32,000 bases of DNA from Halothermothrix orenii H 168 (GTDB lineage: Bacteria; Bacillota; Halanaerobiia; Halanaerobiales; Halothermotrichaceae). Both the position numbers and the translations under genes were made by a program. The notes under the pieces were generated by a model that did no database searches, had not been told where the DNA came from, and saw only the letters and a program-made list of their open reading frames with translations. Positions 8,579 to 16,121 of the stretch are shown here, one piece after another. How positions within the stretch are numbered: the stretch's first letter is position 1; each line of letters begins with the position of its first letter. The DNA lies in contig NC_011899.1 of NCBI RefSeq assembly GCF_000020485.1, positions 651,937 through 683,936 of the forward strand, read 5' to 3'.

Positions 8579-9086
8579 CTTTCTTCCGGAACAGAAAAAG
8601 GGAATTGAAATAAATTTAAAAAGTATTCTATTATTTCTATTATTTATGATTATTGTTGCCGGTCTGGGTGGGAGGTATTTTTATTTACAGTACAGGATTA
8701 ATGCCCTGGAAAATGAAATTAATGGAATTAACAGCCAGTTAAAAATACTAAGACCAGCCCAGCGGGAGTATCAGAGTCTGGTTAAAAAAATCAGGTCCCT
8801 TGAAGATACTATAAAAGCCATAGAAGAGGCGGATTATTTCTGGTATAGTTTACTGGAAGAGCTAGGTAATATTACACCTGATTATGTAATGCTGCAAAAT
8901 GTTAATTTATCTGAAGATAACAAAATTAATATTATCGGTATTGCTCGGGATGAAAAAGAATTAATGGTTTTTGTCAATAATTTAAAAAAATCTGAGTTAT
9001 TTGAGATGGTTCAGCTGTTAACAGTTAGAAAATCCCAGGATCTTTCCTTTCAAATTAAAGCAGGAGTAGCAGAAAGGAGGAAGTAA
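8568..9086 (+). CDS. pilN: Type IV pilus assembly protein PilN
   Basis: 'MRINFLPEQKK' (the INLLP-type PilN start), a single TM, then a coiled-coil. SD GAGGTG at 8555-8560. The ATG at 8568 overlaps the pilM stop. The ORF-track start at 8553 is probably too early. Confidence 0.85.
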   Translation: MRINFLPEQKKGIEINLKSILLFLLFMIIVAGLGGRYFYLQYRINALENEINGINSQLKILRPAQREYQSLVKKIRSLEDTIKAIEEADYFWYSLLEELGNITPDYVMLQNVNLSEDNKINIIGIARDEKELMVFVNNLKKSELFEMVQLLTVRKSQDLSFQIKAGVAERRK

Positions 9087-9087
9087 A

Positions 9088-9615
9088 GTGTGGCATAATT
9101 TATCTGACAGGGAAAAAAAGCTGATCATATTCGGATTAATAGCGGTTATATGTATGGTTTACTGGTTTTATGGAGAACAACCAACTACCCGGACTATAGA
9201 TGAACTAGAAAGTGATTTGCAACAGTTAAGGCGGGAACTTATGATTGCCAGGGTTCAATCAAAAAAAGTGAAAGTTTTAAAGAAAAAATATGATAAATTA
9301 TTAAAACAGAAAGAAGAGTTACCCTATTACTTTTATTTAGACCCGGAGGAATTTTATGAGACTATTGAAGAGATGGGAAAACAAGCAAATGTAGAAATTA
9401 AAATATATACGGTTCAAAGTGGCCAGGAGGATGAAAGGGGAGTTAATCTCGGTGTGGATGGAAACTATGAAGATATCCTTAATTTCCTATCAGGAATGAG
9501 GTATTTAAAAAATATTGTAGATTATAATTCCCTGAATATTACTTCTGACGGGGAATTAAATTTAATTATTAATCTTAACTACAACCCGGAGACACCCGGG
9601 GGTGAAAAGCAATGA
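9088..9615 (+). CDS. pilO: Type IV pilus assembly protein PilO-like
   Basis: GTG start 7 nt after SD AAGGAGG. It has a short cytoplasmic N-terminus, one TM ('LIIFGLIAVICMVYWFY'), a coiled-coil and a small C-terminal domain. It follows pilN directly. Confidence 0.7.
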   Translation: MWHNLSDREKKLIIFGLIAVICMVYWFYGEQPTTRTIDELESDLQQLRRELMIARVQSKKVKVLKKKYDKLLKQKEELPYYFYLDPEEFYETIEEMGKQANVEIKIYTVQSGQEDERGVNLGVDGNYEDILNFLSGMRYLKNIVDYNSLNITSDGELNLIINLNYNPETPGGEKQ

Positions 9616-10220
9616 AAAAAAGATACTGGATATATATTATTTTATTAGTAATACTGTTGGCCGGGGCTGGTTATTACTACTATAGTTATTATTATATAAC
9701 CCCCACATCAAACACCCTTAACCTTAAAGCTGTAAACAAAAAATCTACCCATGAGGTATCGCCGGAACTTTCCCGGGTAAAAGATAATGACCAGAAAAAT
9801 AAAGCAAAACCCACCAGAGTTGAGTCCGGAATGCCTTCTGATCAAAACCCGGGAACAAAAACAGGAGGGGAAGAAGAAGTCCAGAAAAAAACAAAAGATA
9901 CAGAAAAAGAAAAAGTTAAAGAAGAAGATAATAACACTAAAGAAACACATAAAAAAATACCCCGGAAGATTAATAACCCTTTTGATGATTATCGTAAGAC
10001 CATTGTAAAGAAAACCCCTTTTAAATTAATTGGAATTATTGGCTCAGAGGGAAAAGTAATGGCTGTAATAGATACAGATGATGGAAAACAGACTGTAACT
10101 GAGGGGGATGTAGTTGATGACCATAAAATAGTAGAAGTAACGAGAGATAGTATTATTATTTTATATCAGGATAAAATACATAAAATTAAGGTTGGGAGTG
10201 ATTCCGGTGAAGACTCATAA
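9612..10220 (+). CDS. PilP/GspC-like secretin-coupling protein (TM anchor, K/E-rich linker, C-terminal beta-sandwich)
   Basis: ATGA overlap with pilO. N-terminal TM without Cys. The C-terminal 'FKLIGIIGSEGKVMAVIDTDDGKQTVTEGDVVDDHKIVEVTRDSIIILYQ' matches the PilP/GspC-HR pattern. It overlaps the secretin start. Confidence 0.6.
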   Translation: MKKRYWIYIILLVILLAGAGYYYYSYYYITPTSNTLNLKAVNKKSTHEVSPELSRVKDNDQKNKAKPTRVESGMPSDQNPGTKTGGEEEVQKKTKDTEKEKVKEEDNNTKETHKKIPRKINNPFDDYRKTIVKKTPFKLIGIIGSEGKVMAVIDTDDGKQTVTEGDVVDDHKIVEVTRDSIIILYQDKIHKIKVGSDSGEDS

Positions 10221-12852
10221 AAAGCTACTGGCCGGATTGATGTTATATCTAATTATTTTATCTATACCTGGATTTGCTTTTGCCAGTAATGGCATTGATT
10301 CACATCCGGTTAAGGTTGATATGAATTTTGAAGAAGCAGAGATTCAGGATGTCCTTACAGCAATTGCTTCTCTTGTAAATATTAATCTGGTTGTTGATAG
10401 TTCAGTATCAGGTGAAATTACGGTAAAACTTGATAATATGAGTTTTAAAGAGGCCCTCGATTATGTTGTTAAAGTAAGTGGACTTGATTATGTCTGGAAA
10501 AATGATACCGTTATTGTAGCCAGTTCAGAAAGGTTGAAGTCTTTTTATGGGGAAGAACTGGTAGAAACAGTAAGCCTGAAATACTCTGATCCAGTTCATA
10601 TTTATCAGCTTATCAAGGTGTTTTACCCGGAATTAAAAGTTCAGGTTGATTCCAATAACTTAAAGCTTCTTATGTCCGGCAAACGTAAAACTATCCTGGC
10701 AGCCCGGAATTTGATAGACCGGATTGATGTGCCTGATAGTTTAATTACAGCAACCTATGTTGCCAAGTTTATTAATGCAGACAGCCTGGAAAACCACCTC
10801 AGGCGGATTTATCCGGGGCTAGTTCTATCCTCAGACCGGGATAATAATATACTCTTAATATATGGTTCTAAAAGGAAAGTAAGAGAGGCTTTAGAGCTTG
10901 TTAACAGGATAGATTTACCCAGGAAAGAGGCTACTTTTATAGTTGATATTAATAAAGGTGATGTGACAAGGATTGAAGAAACGGTTTTAAATTTATTCCC
11001 GGACCTGGTTGTTGAAGGTAATGAAGCCTCACACAAGTTAATTATTAGCGGTGATAAAGAGGAGGCCCTTAAAGCCAGAGATTTAATAAAGGAAATCGAT
11101 ATCGGTGAGGAAATAGATACTGAGGTAGTCAGGGTAGACTATGGTAACCTTGATAATCTTATCTCAGTCATTCAGGGCTTATTCCCGGATATAAGGTTAC
11201 AGAGTAATCCCCTTAAAAAAGAAATTATTATTAAGGGAAATACCAGTGAAGTTCAGGAGATTGTTTCCCTGGTTAACAGCCTGGATATCCCCAGAAGACA
11301 GGTAATAATTGAGGCCAGGTTTGAAGAAATATCGGCCAATAAAATATCTGAGTTTGGTATGAGACCGAATTTAAGTGAAATTCAGTTTATTTTTGACGAA
11401 GCCACCAGGGAGCTGAAGTCAATGAATATTACCTGGCCTGAATATCTAAGATTTCTGGAGGAGGAGGGACAGGCCAATATGCTGGCCAATCCGAGGTTGC
11501 TTACCCTGAATGGAGAAAATGCCAGGCTTTTAATAGGAGATAAAGTTCCGGTTAAGATTGAAGAAACTTCAGGGTCTTCAGAAGAATCAGAAGGTGAAAG
11601 CAATGCAGTAAGCTATGAATATATTGATGTTGGTATTTCTTTAGAATTTACTCCCTGGATTACTGAAGATGGCTATATTATTATGGATGTGGCCCCTGAG
11701 GTCAGCAGCCTTGGTTCCCCCATGGGTGGTGGAGAATCGATACCTCCAATAAAAACCAGGGAAGCCCGGACCAAAATCAGATTAAAGGATGGGCAGACCT
11801 TTGCCATCGGTGGTTTAATTAGGGAAGATGAACTCGAGAGTATTGCCAAGGTGCCTTTGCTCGGAGACATACCTTTATTGGGAACCTTATTTAGAAGGTC
11901 ACAGACAGATAAGGTTAAAACCGAAGTTGTTATTTTTATCACACCACATATTGTCAAGGAATCATTTGGCGATATAACAACGGTAGATCAGAGTCGGGAA
12001 AAGGTTTTATCTAATAAAACCGATGAACCTTCAAAAAAGGAATCCACCCCGGATAAAGAGGTTGTAGATACAGGTGGAAAGGATTCGGAAAATATTTCAG
12101 TAGTCAGTAAAGTTTCCAGAGATGGGGAAATTAAAGAAGGAAAAACCGGGAGTGAAGAAGAAGTAGATAATAATCTTGCAGGGAATAAAAAAGAAGATAG
12201 TGAGCCCCATACAACCGAAAAAGAAGGTAGTAAGGGTAGTGAAGATGAAATAGATATCACCAGTAAGAACAGTACCAGTGAAACAACTGAAAATGAAGAA
12301 AATAGCGAGGAGACCAATACCGGGGAAATTATTAAGAGTAAAGATGATGTGACCGGTGAAAGCACAGACGACTTTGGTGAAAAAAACATAATTGAAGGAG
12401 AAGTAAATAAAAAAGATGTTAATAAAGCTGAAGTAAATGAAACTGAAGAAACAGTTGATGAGGCTACCAGAAAGGAACTTAAAAATATAATTAATAGTGA
12501 AATTATAAAACCAGGTAATGAAAGTAGTGACAATAACCTACCTGAATATTATAATATATTGTATAAGGTAAAACCGGGTGATACCCTGGCCTCAATAGCA
12601 AGGAAGTATGGTCTGTTTGTCAGTAACATAAAACTGGTAAATGGAATAGATGAAGTAAAAACAGGACAGACAATAACCCTGCCGATACCAAAAAGCCATT
12701 TGTATATAATTAAAAAAGGTGAAACCCTGTGGCAGATATATTTAAAATTTGGTGTCAGTGTTTCTGTCCTGCAAGAAATCAATAATATAAAAGATGTAAG
12801 AAAAATTCCGGCAGGAACTTTAATAATTATTCCAAAAAGGATAAATGACTAG
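10207..12852 (+). CDS. pilQ: Type IV pilus secretin (PilQ-like) with C-terminal acidic tether and two LysM domains
   Basis: Signal peptide 'KKLLAGLMLYLIILSIPGFAFA|S', then an N0-like domain. Four Secretin_N-like repeats end in RIDVP / RIDLP / EIDIG / SLDIPRRQV. The secretin core reads 'LANPRLLTLNGENARLLIGDKVPV ... VPLLGDIPLLGTLFR ... EVVIFITPHIV'. An E/S/T/K-rich stretch of about 190 aa follows, then LysM 12559-12684 and 12703-12834. The ORF-track start is TTG at 10192; GTG at 10207 has better SD spacing. Confidence 0.92.
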   Translation: MKTHKKLLAGLMLYLIILSIPGFAFASNGIDSHPVKVDMNFEEAEIQDVLTAIASLVNINLVVDSSVSGEITVKLDNMSFKEALDYVVKVSGLDYVWKNDTVIVASSERLKSFYGEELVETVSLKYSDPVHIYQLIKVFYPELKVQVDSNNLKLLMSGKRKTILAARNLIDRIDVPDSLITATYVAKFINADSLENHLRRIYPGLVLSSDRDNNILLIYGSKRKVREALELVNRIDLPRKEATFIVDINKGDVTRIEETVLNLFPDLVVEGNEASHKLIISGDKEEALKARDLIKEIDIGEEIDTEVVRVDYGNLDNLISVIQGLFPDIRLQSNPLKKEIIIKGNTSEVQEIVSLVNSLDIPRRQVIIEARFEEISANKISEFGMRPNLSEIQFIFDEATRELKSMNITWPEYLRFLEEEGQANMLANPRLLTLNGENARLLIGDKVPVKIEETSGSSEESEGESNAVSYEYIDVGISLEFTPWITEDGYIIMDVAPEVSSLGSPMGGGESIPPIKTREARTKIRLKDGQTFAIGGLIREDELESIAKVPLLGDIPLLGTLFRRSQTDKVKTEVVIFITPHIVKESFGDITTVDQSREKVLSNKTDEPSKKESTPDKEVVDTGGKDSENISVVSKVSRDGEIKEGKTGSEEEVDNNLAGNKKEDSEPHTTEKEGSKGSEDEIDITSKNSTSETTENEENSEETNTGEIIKSKDDVTGESTDDFGEKNIIEGEVNKKDVNKAEVNETEETVDEATRKELKNIINSEIIKPGNESSDNNLPEYYNILYKVKPGDTLASIARKYGLFVSNIKLVNGIDEVKTGQTITLPIPKSHLYIIKKGETLWQIYLKFGVSVSVLQEINNIKDVRKIPAGTLIIIPKRIND

Positions 12853-12862
12853 AGGTGAATTA

Positions 12863-14062
12863 ATGGTGTTAAGTTTTAAAACTGCGGGTGAATCCCACGG
12901 CAAGGGCTTAATGGTGATTATTGACGGAATGCCGGCTGGAGTTAAGGTTGATATTGATTTAATTAATAAGAAGCTTGGCCGGCGTCAGGGTGGGTATGGA
13001 CGTGGTGGCAGGATGAAAATTGAAAAAGACAAGGTTGAGGTCTTAAGTGGTATAAGGTGTGGTGAAACTATTGGGAGCCCGGTCGGGCTCCTAATTTATA
13101 ATCGGGATTGGGAAAACTGGAAAAAGGTCATGTCCCCTGTAACCCGTCCCGGGGTGGGCAATGAAGAGATAAGTATCAAAAAGGATGGTAAAATAAAGAA
13201 AATAAAACGGGTTGTAACCAGACCCAGGCCGGGACATGCTGATCTGGCCGGAGCCCTTAAATACAACCAGAGTGATATTAGAAATATACTGGAAAGGGCC
13301 AGTGCCCGTGAGACAGCGGCCCGGACAGCAGCGGGGGCAGTTGCCCAGGCTCTTTTGAAATATTTTGATATTGATATTATTAGTCATGTTATTCAAATAG
13401 GGGAAGTAAAATCCAGTTCCCCTGAAGTAGATTTCGATACCTTAAAAGAGCGGATTCTGAAGTCACCTTTGAATTGTTATGATAAGAAAAAGGAACAGGA
13501 AATGATTAATCATATTGATAAAATAAAAGAAGCCGGTGATAGTCTCGGTGGTGTTATTGAAATTAGGACAACTCCATTACCGGTAGGACTGGGGAGTCAT
13601 GTTCAATGGGATAGAAGGCTTGATGGAAGACTGGCCCAGGCTTTAATCAGTATTCCAGCTATTAAGGGTGTGGAGATAGGTACTGCCTTTGATAATGCTG
13701 GTAGTTATGGTTCCCGGGTACATGATGAAATATTTTATAGTAAGGAGAAGGGTTTTTATAGGAAAACCAACCGGGCTGGAGGTCTGGAAGGTGGAATAAC
13801 CAACGGGGAACCGTTAATCATCAGACTGGCGATGAAGCCAATCCCTACCCTATACAGCCCGCTGCAATCGGTTGACATTGTAACTAAAAAGCCTTTCACG
13901 GCCAGTGTTGAACGGTCTGATGTAACGGCTGTACCGGCTGCCGGAGTAGTTGCTGAGGCGATGGTAAGTTTTATCCTGGCCCAGGCTATTTTAGAGAAAT
14001 TTGGTGGAGACCATATTGATGAAATCTTTGATAATTATAAACGCTTTCTGGATAAAATGTAA
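12863..14062 (+). CDS. aroC: Chorismate synthase
   Basis: 'FKTAGESHGKGLMVIIDGMPAG', 'RPRPGHADLAG', 'SARETAARTAAGAVA' and 'GGLEGGITNGEP' are canonical AroC motifs. ATG at 12863 follows SD GAGGTG. Confidence 0.95.
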   Translation: MVLSFKTAGESHGKGLMVIIDGMPAGVKVDIDLINKKLGRRQGGYGRGGRMKIEKDKVEVLSGIRCGETIGSPVGLLIYNRDWENWKKVMSPVTRPGVGNEEISIKKDGKIKKIKRVVTRPRPGHADLAGALKYNQSDIRNILERASARETAARTAAGAVAQALLKYFDIDIISHVIQIGEVKSSSPEVDFDTLKERILKSPLNCYDKKKEQEMINHIDKIKEAGDSLGGVIEIRTTPLPVGLGSHVQWDRRLDGRLAQALISIPAIKGVEIGTAFDNAGSYGSRVHDEIFYSKEKGFYRKTNRAGGLEGGITNGEPLIIRLAMKPIPTLYSPLQSVDIVTKKPFTASVERSDVTAVPAAGVVAEAMVSFILAQAILEKFGGDHIDEIFDNYKRFLDKM

Positions 14063-14074
14063 GGGGTCAATAAA

Positions 14075-14590
14075 ATGAAGATATCTCTGGTTGGATTTAT
14101 GGGGACAGGAAAGTCCAGTGTTGGAAAGTTGCTGGCAGAAAAATTAAATTATCCATTTCTGGATACCGATGACTTAATTGTAAATAAAGCCGGAATGGGG
14201 ATTCCACAAATTTTTTCTAAATATGGTGAAGGGTATTTCCGGAAACTGGAAGAGGAAGTTTTACGCCATGTGGTGACCACCGGTGACAATTTTGTCCTGG
14301 CTACCGGTGGGGGTATAGTTATTTCACCATATAATAGAAAATTACTTAAAGACTATACGACACCGGTTTTATTATCAGCTTCACCGGAAGTAATTTATGA
14401 GCGGATCAGTGGGGATAAACGTCCTCTGCTTTTTACTGATGATCCCCTTGAGAAAATCAAGGAGCTCCTTGCAGAAAGGGAACAATATTATAGTCAGTTT
14501 GATAATCAGGTTTATACGGGAGGCAAGGAGAAGAGAGAAGTTGTAGATGAAATTATTCACCTGATAGGAGTTGATAGGCTTGGACTTTAA
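14075..14590 (+). CDS. aroK: Shikimate kinase
   Basis: Walker A 'GFMGTGKSSVGKLLA', then 'FLDTDDLI' and 'LATGGGIV'. Confidence 0.95.
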   Translation: MKISLVGFMGTGKSSVGKLLAEKLNYPFLDTDDLIVNKAGMGIPQIFSKYGEGYFRKLEEEVLRHVVTTGDNFVLATGGGIVISPYNRKLLKDYTTPVLLSASPEVIYERISGDKRPLLFTDDPLEKIKELLAEREQYYSQFDNQVYTGGKEKREVVDEIIHLIGVDRLGL

Positions 14591-15677
14591 ATCAATTGAA
14601 GTCAATATACCTTCAAAGACAGTAAATTATTCTATAATTATTGGACAAGGACTGATGGAGAATGCTGGTTCCTTAATTAAGGATGTTTACCGGGGAAGGA
14701 AAATTATGGTGGTAACTGATGAAAATGTGGATGGGTTATATGGTGACATCATGTTAAAGTCACTGGAAAAAGAAGGGTTTGTTGTTATCAAATATATAAT
14801 TCCGCCTGGGGAAAAGTCAAAGAGCAATTATTATCTTCATAAGGGTTATGATATCATGGTTGAAAATGGATTTGGAAGGGATCATCTGGTAGTAGCCTTC
14901 GGTGGAGGCGTAGTCGGTGATCTGGCCGGTTATCTGGCTGCAACATACATGAGGGGGATTGGCCTGGTACAGATACCGACTACACTGCTGTCCCAGGTTG
15001 ATAGCAGTGTTGGTGGAAAGACAGCGATAAACCATCCAGCCGGTAAAAACCTGATCGGTGCTTTTTATCAACCGGACAGGGTTATTATAGATGTCGGGGT
15101 CCTGAAATCACTGGAAAAGAGGGAATTGCGGGCCGGGATGGCCGAGGTTATAAAATATGGTTTGATATTCGACAGTGATTTTGTAGATTACCTCCGGAAT
15201 AATTATCAGGAGGTATTTGTTTATAATCCCCGTGTTCTGGGGAGGATAATTGAACAGTCATGTAATTATAAAGCCAGGATAGTGGAAGAAGATCAAAAAG
15301 AAAAGGGTATCAGGGCCCTGTTGAATTTTGGTCATACTATTGGCCATTCCCTGGAGGCTGTAACCGGGTATAGAAAGTATAAACATGGTGAAGCTGTGGC
15401 CATTGGAATGGTGGGGGCAGCCCGGTTGTCAGAAAGGTTGGAGTTGCTTCAGGAAGGTGAGGCAGATAAGGTTGCAGAAATTTTAAGATTATATGGATTA
15501 CCCCTTTCCTATCAGTATGGTGAAGACCCTGAGATGGTTTATAAAACCCTTTTTTATGATAAAAAAGTAAAAGATAATAAATTGACCTGGATTTTACTCA
15601 AAAATATAGGTAAAGGCTTTATTAAAAATGATGTAAATGATAATATAATTAATGAGGTACTGGAGGGGTTAAAGTGA
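14580..15677 (+). CDS. aroB: 3-dehydroquinate synthase
   Basis: 'AFGGGVVGDLAGYLAATYMRGI', 'QIPTTLLSQVDSSVGGKTAINH' and 'LNFGHTIGHSLE'. The start is ambiguous: TTG at 14571 (ORF track) or TTG at 14580, which is better spaced from AGGAG at 14566-14570. Confidence 0.93.
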   Translation: MDFKSIEVNIPSKTVNYSIIIGQGLMENAGSLIKDVYRGRKIMVVTDENVDGLYGDIMLKSLEKEGFVVIKYIIPPGEKSKSNYYLHKGYDIMVENGFGRDHLVVAFGGGVVGDLAGYLAATYMRGIGLVQIPTTLLSQVDSSVGGKTAINHPAGKNLIGAFYQPDRVIIDVGVLKSLEKRELRAGMAEVIKYGLIFDSDFVDYLRNNYQEVFVYNPRVLGRIIEQSCNYKARIVEEDQKEKGIRALLNFGHTIGHSLEAVTGYRKYKHGEAVAIGMVGAARLSERLELLQEGEADKVAEILRLYGLPLSYQYGEDPEMVYKTLFYDKKVKDNKLTWILLKNIGKGFIKNDVNDNIINEVLEGLK

Positions 15678-16120
15678 ATAGGGTAGCTGTTATTCATGGT
15701 CCAAACCTGAACTTACTTGGCAGGCGGGAGCCGGAAGTATATGGGACAAAAAGCCTGGAAAATATCAATAAAGAAATTGAGAAAAGGGCTAATAACCTGA
15801 AAATTGAGGTTGACATTTTCCAGAGTAACCATGAAGGGGAAATAATTGATTTTATTCATGACAATTATAAAGCCCTTAGTGGTATCATTATTAACCCCGG
15901 TGGGTTGACCCATTACAGTATTGCTCTGAGGGATGCCCTGGCAGCCGTACGTCTTCCTGTAGTTGAGGTACATATCAGTAATATTCATAAAAGAGAAGAC
16001 TTCAGGCACAGGTCTGTTATTGCTTCAGTTGCGGTCGGTCAGATTACCGGACTGGGGACAGAGGGTTATTTATATGCCCTGGAAGCCATTGTTAATATTA
16101 TTAAAAAGGGGAGTTATTAA
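15674..16120 (+). CDS. aroQ: Type II 3-dehydroquinate dehydratase
   Basis: 'VIHGPNLNLLGRREPEVYG', 'FQSNHEGEIID', 'IINPGGLTHYSIALRDA', 'VEVHISNIHKREDFRH'. GTGA start/stop overlap with aroB. Confidence 0.95.
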   Translation: MNRVAVIHGPNLNLLGRREPEVYGTKSLENINKEIEKRANNLKIEVDIFQSNHEGEIIDFIHDNYKALSGIIINPGGLTHYSIALRDALAAVRLPVVEVHISNIHKREDFRHRSVIASVAVGQITGLGTEGYLYALEAIVNIIKKGSY

Positions 16121-16121
16121 A

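Noticed and set aside
9708-10008. Lysine-rich ORFs in alternative frames (9787-10008 plus strand, 9708-9950 minus strand) inside the PilP-like gene.
   Set aside because: They are artefacts of the A-rich (AAA/GAA) low-complexity linker, where any frame stays open. They have no SD or start context.
11988-12533. A 181-aa minus-strand ORF, plus many other minus-strand ORFs of 60-140 aa in the track (442-864, 2121-2522, 4202-4614, 6555-6797, 10809-11957, 13091-13396, 14817-15071, 15713-16009, 16245-16841, 19489-19824, 21523-22020, 25128-25310, 26117-26314, 27663-27944, 28713-28913, 29421-29885, 30153-30416, 31100-31345).
   Set aside because: All lie antisense to plus-strand genes with strong family motifs. 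They have no SD and have skewed S/L/P-rich or low-complexity translations. The 181-aa one mirrors the GAA/GAT-rich secretin linker. They are shadow ORFs.
12000-12546. The secretin acidic linker, considered as a tandem-repeat or phase-variable region.
   Set aside because: It is compositional low complexity only. I could not find a repeating unit at the nucleotide or peptide level.
15963-16121. A 53-codon N-terminal extension of the peptidase ORF (track start 15963) overlapping aroQ.
   Set aside because: The extension lies in an alternative frame of the aroQ coding sequence and translates to non-peptidase-like sequence. ATG at 16122 sits 1 nt after the aroQ stop and gives the normal M24 N-terminus (MEKRIQQLRKAM...).
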